From a virus, in IMG/VR virus record IMGVR_UViG_3300035698_004085, positions 32,001 to 96,000 of that record: a stretch of 64,000 nt of DNA. One strand, written 5' to 3'. The notes beneath the pieces are model-generated. The model had not been told where the DNA came from, did no database searches, and worked only from the letters and a program-made list of their open reading frames with translations. The position numbers and the translations under genes are program-made. Shown here piece by piece: positions 21,427-31,156 of the stretch (positions within the stretch are counted from its first letter, which is position 1; each line of letters begins with the position of its first letter).

Positions 21427-21840
21427 ATGACTAAAGACTTATTTGACGATCATTATACGAGTCAGAAGATAGAGCCAATTGACGTTCAAGAGCAAATCAT
21501 GAGGGAGTTAAAGAATGTTCCTCCAGATGTTCGTCATTTGCTTGGACATGTGATTCGTTATGTTATGCGAGCTGGTAATAAGAATGGAGATCCGTATAAA
21601 AAAGACTTGACAAAAGCTTATAATTATTTGCATAGGGCTATTAACGGCTGTTGGGTTGATGAGGGTGATGAGTCTAGTAAGCAGCTGTTAGTTGAGCAGC
21701 TTAGCGAGCTTAGGGAGACGCCAGGACTTAGCGCTACTGAAATTTTGGATAGAGTAACTAGGGGCGTTCCTAAAAATCTTAAGCCTAGTGAGGATAAGGT
21801 GACTCCTAAATCACCAGATGAGTTTGGTGTACATCTTTAG
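21427..21840 (+). CDS. DUF3310-like (T7 gp1.7-type nucleotide kinase-like) protein
   Basis: HYTSQKIEPID...GHVIRYVMRAGNKNG...DLTKAYNYL. Confidence 0.7.
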   Translation: MTKDLFDDHYTSQKIEPIDVQEQIMRELKNVPPDVRHLLGHVIRYVMRAGNKNGDPYKKDLTKAYNYLHRAINGCWVDEGDESSKQLLVEQLSELRETPGLSATEILDRVTRGVPKNLKPSEDKVTPKSPDEFGVHL

Positions 21841-21842
21841 TT

Positions 21843-22268
21843 ATGACAGCCAGATTAATATTTCAAATAGGTTTTACCAAGAATCGGAAAATGTCTCAGT
21901 CAATTAAGGCATTACTGAACGATGAGGAAGTTAGTTGGTCAACCGATGACGGAAAATATTTAACAAGTAACAAAGATCGCGTTTATAAGAATACTATTTG
22001 GCACATGGCTGATCGTGAATTAGCTCCTGACGATGTTTTAAAAATAGAGGTTAAGACTTATTTGACAGGAGTTGGTAAAGACGAGGAGAGAACGTATACA
22101 GCGTTTTATTATGCTGATGAAGATTCTCCAGTTAGGGAACACAACGTTAAGGGAGTTGGTCATAAAGGTTATCCGCTTCTCAAGGGTAGGTTTCAAGAGG
22201 TTGCAGCGGTTTATGAAGAGGATAAAAGATTGGGCGAAATACAAGACTTTATAAATAGGGAGTTTTAA
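21843..22268 (+). CDS. Hypothetical protein
   Basis: 141-aa ORF tiling the operon. Confidence 0.6.
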   Translation: MTARLIFQIGFTKNRKMSQSIKALLNDEEVSWSTDDGKYLTSNKDRVYKNTIWHMADRELAPDDVLKIEVKTYLTGVGKDEERTYTAFYYADEDSPVREHNVKGVGHKGYPLLKGRFQEVAAVYEEDKRLGEIQDFINREF

Positions 22269-22280
22269 GAGGAGTAAATT

Positions 22281-22868
22281 TTGAAAGTAAGCTTTGAAAG
22301 ACTAACTGAACCTAGTATGATGTTGGCAGCTATGCGTACAACTCAAGGTAAAGACATGTTTAAAAAGAAGGACCCTGAACTGGAGACTTACTATAAGATG
22401 CTTTTAAGCGAGCATTCGACAAGTAGGGTTATGAAATATAGGGTTTATATCGAGGATATTCCTTATTATGTCTCTACTCATTTGGTTAGGCACTCTATTG
22501 GAGTTGATCACTATGTTTTGAGCCAGAGAGACGATGATGGAACAATGGAGATAACGGAGAGAGATAGTTATCCTCAAGGGAAGCTCCTCAACATGGTTAT
22601 GGACTTGAATGCACAAGCTATGATTTCAATAGCAAGAAAACGTCTGTGTCACAATGCTCATAAAACCGCTCAAGATGTTATTAAGAAATTAAAATGTAGT
22701 TTAAGGTATGACGGAGACGAATATGATAGAGTTCTTGGTAATTTGCTGATGCGACCTTGTTCTTGGTTTATGGGTTATTGTTCTGAGCCAAAGGGTTGTG
22801 GGAGAGTTCCAGGAGTTAAAAAACTCTCAGATATTCATATGAAAGCATTGGAGGTGCCAGATGAATAG
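22281..22868 (+). CDS. thyX: Flavin-dependent thymidylate synthase
   Basis: EHS; STHLVRH-x7-SQR motif; RKRLC. Confidence 0.75.
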   Translation: MKVSFERLTEPSMMLAAMRTTQGKDMFKKKDPELETYYKMLLSEHSTSRVMKYRVYIEDIPYYVSTHLVRHSIGVDHYVLSQRDDDGTMEITERDSYPQGKLLNMVMDLNAQAMISIARKRLCHNAHKTAQDVIKKLKCSLRYDGDEYDRVLGNLLMRPCSWFMGYCSEPKGCGRVPGVKKLSDIHMKALEVPDE

Positions 22869-23064
22869 AGATAAAAGCTATGATGAGGGATATGACGATG
22901 GTTACGATGAGGGGCAAAAAGAGTTCTTTAATGATAACACTGGCGGCGTAATTGGTTTGGCTGAGCTGTTAAAAGAGTATGTCGGCTTAAGCTCATATAA
23001 GTTAGATGAACTAGCTGAAGAATTGTTTATTGCTTTTGACGGAAAACTAGGAAAGCTTAAATAG
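22861..23064 (+). CDS. Hypothetical acidic protein
   Basis: YDEGYDDGYDEG repeat; GGAGG RBS. Confidence 0.55.
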   Translation: MNRDKSYDEGYDDGYDEGQKEFFNDNTGGVIGLAELLKEYVGLSSYKLDELAEELFIAFDGKLGKLK

Positions 23065-25938
23065 ATGATTGCACTAGAATCGCATGGAGATAAATTTGTG
23101 GTATCTTTAGATAAGAACCATGAGTATTATACTCGTGCGTATATAGCAATGAGGTCTTTGTTAACTGTCCAAGAATTGCCCAACGATAAATGGGCAATGG
23201 GCTATGATGATCTAGTTTCGTTTAAGAGCAAATTAGATTCTCTTGGCTTAGTTGACGGACGAACGATGAATGAAAGCGCTTTACAACTTGCTTCTCAATA
23301 TCAAGCTCTTCAAAAACGAAATGAAGATATTAAAAATGGAGTGCATAACGAGTATATAGAGTCTTTGATAAAAGGTAAGTTGAAGACAACTCCTTATAAG
23401 GATCAAGTAACAGGAATCTCCTATTTAGTCAATAATAGAAGAGCGGGAATGTTCTCAAGCATGGGAATTGGGAAAGCTCAGCCTCTTGATGCTAAAATTC
23501 TTACTCCTACGGGTTGGAAGCTTATGGGGCAGATGAAGGTCAAGGATAGAGTTATAAACTCAAAGGGTAAGATCTCTAGGGTAACGGGAGTATTTCCTCA
23601 AGGAATTAAAGCTATTTATAGAGTTACTTTTACGGATGGGTCAAGTACGGAATGCTGTGAAGACCATTTGTGGAAGGTTCAGACTCCTAGAGAGAGGGCG
23701 AGTGGGTATCCTTCGCGTATCATTCCGCTTAAAGACTTTAAAGATGATTTGGTTTATGGTAGTGGTAATAGAAAGCGCTTTATTCCTATAGTTAACCCTG
23801 TAGATTTTGTTGAGAAACAGAAATTACCTTTACACCCTTACGTTTTAGGGTGCTTACTGGGAGATGGAGGGTTGTCTACTGAAAGTAGGGTGGGGTTTAC
23901 TTCTATAGACCGTGAGATTATTGATGCTATTAATAGTTTTCTTCCAGATAACCACTCTTTAAAGTTTAGGAAGGGTACTGAGTGTGATTATGCGATTACT
24001 CGTGACGATGTTAGGAAAAAGGGTGGTAATTTTGTTTTATCTGCTTTGCGGCTCTTATCTTTGCACGGAGTAAAGTCTGATACAAAGTTCATACCTGATA
24101 TGTATAAATTTAGTTCAGTTTCTTCTAGGATGTCTTTGTTGCAAGGATTGTTAGACACAGACGGAAGTGTTTCTGTTAATTCTTGTATTGAGTATACTTC
24201 AGTGTCTGAGAGACTGGCAGATGGTGTGTCTTTTCTTGTTAGATCTCTGGGCGGAAAAGCTACTAAGAATTCTAGGATTCCTACGTTTACGTATAAGGGC
24301 ATAAAGAAGAAGAGGGCTTACCGCATACATATATCGATGGCTGGGTATTTTCCGCCGTTTAAGCTTTCCCGTAAGGCTGAGGCATGGAGTCCGAGAACTA
24401 AGTATCCACCAGCTAGAGCTTTTAAATCTGTTGAATTTGTGGGTAGAAAAGAAGCTCAGTGTATTTCAGTAGATGCAAAGGATCATTTGTATGTTACTGA
24501 TGACTTCATTTTGACTCATAATACGATTCAGGCTTTGGGATCTGTTGTTTCTTTAAGCGATGAAGTTAAAAAGACTTTGGTAATTGCTCCAAAAAGCGTG
24601 CTATCTGGGTTTGCTAATGAGATTGAAAAGCATACGTATCTCAGCTCTATTACTATTCCTCCAGGAAGAAAGCCTAGCTTAAAGTTCTTACAGGATAATA
24701 AGCACGGTAATTGGGATATGCTTTTAGTACACCCTGAAAACCTTATTGGATCGTCTAAAAGAGAAACGTATGGAGACATTACAAAACTTTTAAAGACTAT
24801 GCGTTTTGATATGGTAATTGTAGATGAGTTCCACCAATATAAGAATCTTTCAGCCAAGAGAACTAAATGCGTTTTATCATTATTAGCAGAACTCCGAGAT
24901 AATAAAAAACAATTACCAAGAGCTGTATTAATGACTGGTACTCCTGTTTCTGAATCTCCATTAAATGCCTATACTGTCTTACATATTTTAAGTACAGATG
25001 TTTTACCGCACGTTGATAGGTTTGAGAATTACTTTACGATTAAGGATTCTTTTGATATTCGGCAGAAGAATAAGAGGACTGGAAGATTTCAGACAATAAC
25101 TGTTCAGAAGGTAAAAGGGTATAAAAATCTAGGCGAACTCAAGCAACGGCTAGAAAGAGTCTCTATCAGGCGCACTAAGGATGATATGGAGGGCTTCCCA
25201 GACCAAGTGTTTACTACTAGGTCAGTAGAGCTTAAAGGCAATCAGAAGGCTCTTTATAAGACGGTATGCGGAGAAGTAGTTGAGTCTTTATCTCAGTCGA
25301 GTAAGATCAATCTCACCAATTTCTTTTCTTCAGCTAGTGCGGTTAGGCTTAGGCAGCTTTTAAACCATCCTCAATTTTTGGATGAAAAAGGAACTTCTGC
25401 TAAGTATGATGAAATTGATATTATTTTAGAAGAGCTTTTTTCAGATCCTGAACAGAAAGTTGTGTTATGGACTGAATATAGAAAAGCGGTTGATCTTATT
25501 TATGATCGGTGGAACGAGAAATATGGAGTAGTTAAGCTCTATGGTGGAGTTGACATTACTAACGAACTAGCCAATTCTTTTGAGTCAGATGGTGGTCCAA
25601 GGATTGCGGCTTCGATTGCCGCCAAAGTAGGGACAGGGGTTGACTTTTTAGCAAGGGCAAGAACTGCTATTTATATTGATAGACCTTATTCGTTTACGCA
25701 GTATAAACAGTCAATTGACCGGATTCATAGGAGAGTAAAAACGACTGGAGAACTTTCTAAGCTAGACAGGATAAGATCTCAACCAGCGACTATTATTTAT
25801 CTTGACGTTCCTGACTCAATAGACGAGCTGGTTAAGGTAAAGTTATACGGTAAGCAAGAAGTGGCTGACGCTTTAACGATTGAAGATAGTAAGTTAGTAA
25901 CTATGGGTAAGTCTGCTCTATTAAGGTATTTGAGGTAA
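23065..25938 (+). CDS. SNF2-family helicase containing an intein
   Basis: MGIGK/T Walker A split by the intein; VDEFH; MTGTP; QSIDRIHR. Confidence 0.9.
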   Translation: MIALESHGDKFVVSLDKNHEYYTRAYIAMRSLLTVQELPNDKWAMGYDDLVSFKSKLDSLGLVDGRTMNESALQLASQYQALQKRNEDIKNGVHNEYIESLIKGKLKTTPYKDQVTGISYLVNNRRAGMFSSMGIGKAQPLDAKILTPTGWKLMGQMKVKDRVINSKGKISRVTGVFPQGIKAIYRVTFTDGSSTECCEDHLWKVQTPRERASGYPSRIIPLKDFKDDLVYGSGNRKRFIPIVNPVDFVEKQKLPLHPYVLGCLLGDGGLSTESRVGFTSIDREIIDAINSFLPDNHSLKFRKGTECDYAITRDDVRKKGGNFVLSALRLLSLHGVKSDTKFIPDMYKFSSVSSRMSLLQGLLDTDGSVSVNSCIEYTSVSERLADGVSFLVRSLGGKATKNSRIPTFTYKGIKKKRAYRIHISMAGYFPPFKLSRKAEAWSPRTKYPPARAFKSVEFVGRKEAQCISVDAKDHLYVTDDFILTHNTIQALGSVVSLSDEVKKTLVIAPKSVLSGFANEIEKHTYLSSITIPPGRKPSLKFLQDNKHGNWDMLLVHPENLIGSSKRETYGDITKLLKTMRFDMVIVDEFHQYKNLSAKRTKCVLSLLAELRDNKKQLPRAVLMTGTPVSESPLNAYTVLHILSTDVLPHVDRFENYFTIKDSFDIRQKNKRTGRFQTITVQKVKGYKNLGELKQRLERVSIRRTKDDMEGFPDQVFTTRSVELKGNQKALYKTVCGEVVESLSQSSKINLTNFFSSASAVRLRQLLNHPQFLDEKGTSAKYDEIDIILEELFSDPEQKVVLWTEYRKAVDLIYDRWNEKYGVVKLYGGVDITNELANSFESDGGPRIAASIAAKVGTGVDFLARARTAIYIDRPYSFTQYKQSIDRIHRRVKTTGELSKLDRIRSQPATIIYLDVPDSIDELVKVKLYGKQEVADALTIEDSKLVTMGKSALLRYLR
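23476..24522 (+). mobile_element. Class 3 (Ala1) intein with LAGLIDADG homing endonuclease, 349 aa
   Basis: Starts AQPLDAKILTPTGW, ends ILTHN/T. WCT triad: block B DHLW, block F QCISV, block G THN. LGCLLGDG and LQGLLDTDG motifs. Confidence 0.9.
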
Positions 25939-25941
25939 TAC

Positions 25942-27027
25942 ATGGTAGATATAACGATGTTGTTGGGTAAGTCTAGCGCCGCCGATATTAATAGAAAGCT
26001 AACAAGAGACGAGGAGAACTATCTTATCAGAATATCAAGGAAGTTTTGGAGCTATTTTGGGTATACGGGATTGCTAGACCCTTGGCATGATGAGCCTAGA
26101 CCTTTTTTGAAAAGTTCTTCTAAAAAACTTTCTGAAACCCTTAAGTTTTCAGAAGTGGAAGATATAAGCTTGTCAGCCTACTGTATAATTATGTTGACTT
26201 TGGCTCCCTATACAAGGTTTAGCACTGTTGGTCAATGGTTTTCTAATTCTGTTGATGGAACTTGGGTAAAAAAACTGAGAAAGCATGCTGGTTCTATGGA
26301 TATGATGGATGAGCTGTCTTATTTGCTTTTGATTTTTATGGAGCTTCAGATTGAGCATAGTGGTAAGGCTTCATTATCCAGGAGCAGTATTGTAAAAGAT
26401 AGATATGCAGGAAAAGTAAAAGGAAAGGCTAAAACGGAGAAGTATTTAGAAGCTTATCACGGAATGGTTGATAGGGTTTCTCAACTGCAGAGTAAGGATA
26501 TTGATCCTGAGTTATGGCTTAGGGCAAAGTTTAAGAAAGCGATTGAGGCTTTTCCTGATAAGCAGGTTCCTCTTAGAACAATAACTAATTTGAACGGACT
26601 AGAGCCAAACATTCAACAGCTTCAGGCGCAAGCTCATGATCCTTGGAGAGAGCTTAGAGGGTTGTTAGGCTTGTCTTTTGAGTGTGAGTTTCCTGATGGT
26701 TACATTCCTAAGGGCTGGGGCGTTTCTTCGGACGATAGAGACGATGTTAAGAGAATAACTAAGATTTTGGGAGATGGGTATTACTATTATGAGGATGGGA
26801 CGCAACGTAGAGGAAAGCGTCATTATGCTTCAAATAGTTATTTTGTGATTAAGTGTGACCCTGAGAACTTTCATTTATTTAGAGATAAGTGGTTTGATCC
26901 GAGGTATTTGGCTGAGTCTCCAACTTGGATGGAGTACAATACTTACGCATCAAAACCTGGATTGTGGGATGAAAAAGGTGCATCAACAAACGGACGCGGT
27001 AAGTCGGTTAAATGGAGGAAGAAATAA
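25942..27027 (+). CDS. Hypothetical protein in replication module
   Basis: 361-aa ORF; no recognised motif. Confidence 0.6.
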   Translation: MVDITMLLGKSSAADINRKLTRDEENYLIRISRKFWSYFGYTGLLDPWHDEPRPFLKSSSKKLSETLKFSEVEDISLSAYCIIMLTLAPYTRFSTVGQWFSNSVDGTWVKKLRKHAGSMDMMDELSYLLLIFMELQIEHSGKASLSRSSIVKDRYAGKVKGKAKTEKYLEAYHGMVDRVSQLQSKDIDPELWLRAKFKKAIEAFPDKQVPLRTITNLNGLEPNIQQLQAQAHDPWRELRGLLGLSFECEFPDGYIPKGWGVSSDDRDDVKRITKILGDGYYYYEDGTQRRGKRHYASNSYFVIKCDPENFHLFRDKWFDPRYLAESPTWMEYNTYASKPGLWDEKGASTNGRGKSVKWRKK

Positions 27028-27710
27028 TGGATGATGCTAAAAAGCATGAAAGAGTTTTAGTAATTGGAGAAGATCTTATGTACGGGTTTGGAAAGACTCT
27101 TGAGGCTGCTTTTCCTTTTTCAAAAGTTTGGGAGAGTGAGCAAGATTTACAGTGGCTAGACTATTGTTTGGGGCAAGCTTGTTTTATGCCAAGAGGGTTG
27201 GTTGAGGAGAATCCTAAGTACAAACAGCTTATTCCTTATATCGTCGTAAAGTCTGGTAACAAGATTTTGTCTTATGAGCGTGCTGGGGCAGAAGAAAGAC
27301 TGTCTGGTAAAGTTTCTGTAGGAATTGGAGGTCATGTTAACCTTGAAGACTTTTTTGAAGGTAGAAGTCGGTTTGCTCCAGAAGGAAATCTGTACATTTT
27401 AGAGAATGCTGCGGATCGTGAAATTAATGAGGAGCTTGGACTTGACCAGCTTTCTAGATCTTCTCAACTTAGGTGTATGGCGGGACTTAGCAATCCTAGC
27501 GGAATTCTGTTTGTTGGTGATGGTGACATGGTTAATGCTGTACATCTTGGAGTAGTCTATCAAGTGAGTCTGGGCGCTGAGGTTGAGTCAGACTGGTTAG
27601 CAATTAGAGATGAAGGTATTAATACTGTTTGGAGAACTAAAGAAGAGTTGTTGGAAATTGATGATCGACTTGAAACTTGGTCTAGTGTAGTGGTGAGAGA
27701 ATGTCTTTAA
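27027..27710 (+). CDS. Nudix-family phosphoesterase
   Basis: KQLIPY...EERL...GIGGHVN...REINEELGL; ATG at 27027 follows GGAGG. Confidence 0.8.
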   Translation: MDDAKKHERVLVIGEDLMYGFGKTLEAAFPFSKVWESEQDLQWLDYCLGQACFMPRGLVEENPKYKQLIPYIVVKSGNKILSYERAGAEERLSGKVSVGIGGHVNLEDFFEGRSRFAPEGNLYILENAADREINEELGLDQLSRSSQLRCMAGLSNPSGILFVGDGDMVNAVHLGVVYQVSLGAEVESDWLAIRDEGINTVWRTKEELLEIDDRLETWSSVVVRECL

Positions 27711-28465
27711 GAGGTGAGATTATAGGTTCTTGCGAGCTAGGCTGTATTGATGGTTTTGTTAAGGGGTTGCACCCTTGCGAGTGCATGAAGAAGTTTAGAG
27801 CGTATAACCGAATGGTTTCTACAGGTTTTAGCAAGGGCACTTTAGACCTTATCAACTCTGAGAATTATCAGGATCTTGTGTATGAGTCTGGTGAGGACTT
27901 TGTTAAATTCTATTTAGCTGATTTGTACATGACTGAGGAAAGGGGTTTGTCTTTATTTGTTTATTCTAGGGATAGAGGGCGCGGTAAAACTACCCTGGCT
28001 CATCAGATCATTTTTGAGGCTGTAAAGTTGTTTTCTGAGGACGAGAATTATAAGTCAACTCGTACTTATGCTTTTGAGCATGTGGATTCTTTCTTATCTA
28101 GTTTTTCAACTCAGAAGAAAAAGAATGAGGTTTCTCCATTATGGCAAAGTACTTGGTATGTTTTAGACGATTTAGGACATGAGGACCGAACGGCTAAGTG
28201 GAAAAAAGGAATTCTGTTAGATTCTATACAACGAATGCTGCATTATCGGAGAGACTTGGGATTGCCTACTATAATAACTTCAAATTACGCTCCAGGTGAC
28301 TTGTCGTCTCTCTATGAAAGAGAAGTTGATTCTCTGTTGGAAATACAAGTTGATGGAGTTCTTGGTGGTGAAAGATTTAGATCTGTTCATGTAGGTGGAG
28401 CAGAAGATTTTAGACTTCAAACGCAGAATAGCGCGTGGAGCGGGATGGAGAAAACTAATGATTAA
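27701..28465 (+). CDS. DnaC/IstB-like helicase loader ATPase
   Basis: N-terminal C..GC...PCEC; RGRGKTT; VLDDLG; PTIITSN. Confidence 0.8.
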   Translation: MSLRGEIIGSCELGCIDGFVKGLHPCECMKKFRAYNRMVSTGFSKGTLDLINSENYQDLVYESGEDFVKFYLADLYMTEERGLSLFVYSRDRGRGKTTLAHQIIFEAVKLFSEDENYKSTRTYAFEHVDSFLSSFSTQKKKNEVSPLWQSTWYVLDDLGHEDRTAKWKKGILLDSIQRMLHYRRDLGLPTIITSNYAPGDLSSLYEREVDSLLEIQVDGVLGGERFRSVHVGGAEDFRLQTQNSAWSGMEKTND

Positions 28466-28823
28466 AGCTTATATTTGTCATCCATATGCTAATGACCCAA
28501 AGGGGAATATTGAAAAGGTTACAGAGATTGTAAAAGAGTTTGCAGCTCTGTCTATTGACCAGCTTAAGAATGGTACTATAACTAGCGCTGAGACTCATCT
28601 TAACCGAGAGTTTGTTGTCGTACCTATCGTTCCTTTATTTGCTTTTCCTCCGTTCATGAGTGAAGACGGCGATGTTGATAGAGAGATTGCTTTAGCATTT
28701 TGCCTAGCTCTTCTTGAAGGATGTGATGAAATTTGGGTATGCTCCAAAGACATTACTTCAGGAATGCAACTAGAGATTAGTAAAGCGGCTGAATGGGGCA
28801 TTAAAATAGTGTGGAAGTCTTAA
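28458..28823 (+). CDS. DUF4406 / nucleoside deoxyribosyltransferase-like protein
   Basis: AYICHPY...CLALLEGCDEIWV....SGMQLEI..A..WGI. Confidence 0.7.
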   Translation: MIKAYICHPYANDPKGNIEKVTEIVKEFAALSIDQLKNGTITSAETHLNREFVVVPIVPLFAFPPFMSEDGDVDREIALAFCLALLEGCDEIWVCSKDITSGMQLEISKAAEWGIKIVWKS

Positions 28824-30170
28824 ATGAATCTTAGCGTAAACGTAGAGGCTGAATTCTTAGCAGCCATTTTACAAGGGCACTCTTTAGATTCTGATCTTCT
28901 TTCAAAAGTAGATTTTGGATACTTTTCTGTGGATTCTTATAAATGGCTGGTTAAACAGCTCAAGGCTCGTAAATGGCAACCAATCGCTTATGACTACCTT
29001 GACCAGATTTTGATAGATAACGTTAAAGAGGCTGAGAAACAGACGTTATACAGACAACAAATATATGCGTTATACCAAAAAGAGATAACGTTTTTAAAAG
29101 ATGCTGAAATCAAATTTAAGGCTTTTACTGCTTATTCTTGCATTAAGTCAGCTATTAAGGACTCTTTTGAAGCTCACGAGAAGTCAGGTAGAACAGACTA
29201 TCTAGTAAAAGACATTATGGAGGCTACTAGAGAAGCTCATAGCTTAATTCACGAAGATGGCTTAAAGGTTATTGACTATGCTGAAGACTACGATTCTAGG
29301 ATGTCTAAAAGAGTGAGCGAGCGTGACAACCCTGATTTATCTCCAGTTGTCTTAACCGGGATTAAAGGACTTGACGATCAGTTTAAGATCAAGCCTGGGA
29401 TGATTGTTGACTTCTTAGCGCCTTTCAAGCGGTATAAGTCTATTATCCTAAATAATATGGGCTTTTCATCTTTGTTACAGGGGTTTAACGTTGTTCATGT
29501 TATTTATGAGAACACTATTGCTCTAACAACTGATAGGTATGACTCATTATTCTCAGAGCTTTCCTTCGATAGACTTGTTGGAATGTATTTGTCTCCAGAG
29601 GAGAAGAAAAGTCTAGATAGTCAAATGCATTGGATAGGAAAGTGGGACGCTCGATTAAAGGTTATCAAATGCACTGCTAATAAAACGAATTTAGAGCAAG
29701 TAGCTGAGAAGATAGAGAAGTTACAAGTTACTGACAACTTTGTTCCAAACGTTATTGTTCTTGACTATCTAAATCTTGTAGCTCCTGTCCTCCATTCTAT
29801 TAAAGAAGAGCGTTTAAGACAGGCAGCTGCTGCTTGGGACGCTAAAGCGCTAATAGACCATTTCAATGTTCCTATGTTCACGGCTACTCAAGCTAAAATG
29901 GAAGCTAATAAAGTTGACAGAATGGACAGTACCCACAGAGGAAAAGCCATTGATATTTCTCAAGCGGTGAACTTGTCTATTGCTCTTGATCAAACCAAAG
30001 AAGAGCGTGCTGAAGGTCGATTAGTGCTCAGTCCTCATATCTACCGTGAAGGAAAAATTGTAAATTCTGAAATAGTAGTGAACACTGCGTTAGAACGCAT
30101 GGCGATTTCAAGGAGCTATAAGCCCTTGTGGGACAGGGCATTTGAGAGGTACGGGTACCTAACTAATTAA
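28824..30170 (+). CDS. dnaB: DnaB-like replicative helicase
   Basis: TGIKGLD; divergent Walker A APFKRYKS; VIVLDYLNL; TATQ; located between loader and primase. Confidence 0.75.
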   Translation: MNLSVNVEAEFLAAILQGHSLDSDLLSKVDFGYFSVDSYKWLVKQLKARKWQPIAYDYLDQILIDNVKEAEKQTLYRQQIYALYQKEITFLKDAEIKFKAFTAYSCIKSAIKDSFEAHEKSGRTDYLVKDIMEATREAHSLIHEDGLKVIDYAEDYDSRMSKRVSERDNPDLSPVVLTGIKGLDDQFKIKPGMIVDFLAPFKRYKSIILNNMGFSSLLQGFNVVHVIYENTIALTTDRYDSLFSELSFDRLVGMYLSPEEKKSLDSQMHWIGKWDARLKVIKCTANKTNLEQVAEKIEKLQVTDNFVPNVIVLDYLNLVAPVLHSIKEERLRQAAAAWDAKALIDHFNVPMFTATQAKMEANKVDRMDSTHRGKAIDISQAVNLSIALDQTKEERAEGRLVLSPHIYREGKIVNSEIVVNTALERMAISRSYKPLWDRAFERYGYLTN

Positions 30171-30175
30171 TTATC

Positions 30176-30204
30176 TTGACATTTTAGATTGTTTATGTTA
30201 TAAG
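30176..30204 (+). promoter_or_regulatory. Sigma70-type promoter (TTGACA-17-TATAAG, extended -10 TG)
   Basis: Read directly in the 44-bp gap before the primase. Confidence 0.65.
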
Positions 30205-30214
30205 TGTATGAATT

Positions 30215-31156
30215 ATGATTGAAAAGACGAGCTATATTTTGAGTAAGTTTCCTAACAAAGATCCCAACAGTAGAGGACAGATCCATACGACTTGCCCTTT
30301 CCATGACGATAATACGTCTTCATTTTCAATTAACGTAGAAGAAGGCGTGTTCATTTGTGGTTCTAGTCACTGCGGTATAAGAGGAGCTTTTCCCCTATTT
30401 TATAAATTAATGGAGAATATTGATTCTTGGGTTGAGGTTTTTGAGGATCTTAAGAGTAAAGACCCAAATTATGACCTTAATGAATTCTTTTCAGCTGATA
30501 AAGGACCACGAGTTAGCTCAATAATTATTAATCCTTTTCCAGAGCCTCCCGGTATAGAGCCTTTAGGCGATATTCAATTTCTGCAAGATAGAGGAATTAC
30601 TCCTGAAGTTTGTCAGCGTTATGGCTTAGTCTATGGTAGAGAAGGTCGGCATTCTGGAATTAGCATACGTTCTTCCATCGTTGCTCCTGTATGGGACGTT
30701 GACAGTGTTTATAAAACGTTCCAGGTTCGCTATTTAAGTCCTAATTCACCTACAAGATGGCTTAATCCTGTCGGTAGCCCTATTCAGGAGCTTTTATACG
30801 GAGGTCATGCTATAGACCCCTATGCAGAGTTCTTATGGGTTGTAGAGGGTGCTAGCGACGTTTGGAGAATGTCTACTTTTGGGGTGCAGTCTGTTGGTTT
30901 AAATACTAAAGAAGCTTCTCCTTCTCAGTTTAATAAGATTAAAAGCGTATGTGACACTTTTAAGTGTCAGCCTGTAATTTGCTTAGACGGAGATGCGGCT
31001 GTTGCACCTTCAGCTTATGAGATGAGCTGTAACGATATTTTGTACATTAATTTGGCTGCTTTTGGTTTTCAGCCGAAGATAGTAACTTTAAATTATAGTG
31101 AAGACCCTGGTTCACTTTCTTATGACAGATTTTTAGAGCTGCAGGAGACTTTGTAG
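30215..31156 (+). CDS. dnaG: DNA primase (CHC2 zinc finger + TOPRIM)
   Basis: CPFHDDNTSSF...C....CG; VVEGASD; CLDGD; EDPG. Confidence 0.85.
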   Translation: MIEKTSYILSKFPNKDPNSRGQIHTTCPFHDDNTSSFSINVEEGVFICGSSHCGIRGAFPLFYKLMENIDSWVEVFEDLKSKDPNYDLNEFFSADKGPRVSSIIINPFPEPPGIEPLGDIQFLQDRGITPEVCQRYGLVYGREGRHSGISIRSSIVAPVWDVDSVYKTFQVRYLSPNSPTRWLNPVGSPIQELLYGGHAIDPYAEFLWVVEGASDVWRMSTFGVQSVGLNTKEASPSQFNKIKSVCDTFKCQPVICLDGDAAVAPSAYEMSCNDILYINLAAFGFQPKIVTLNYSEDPGSLSYDRFLELQETL

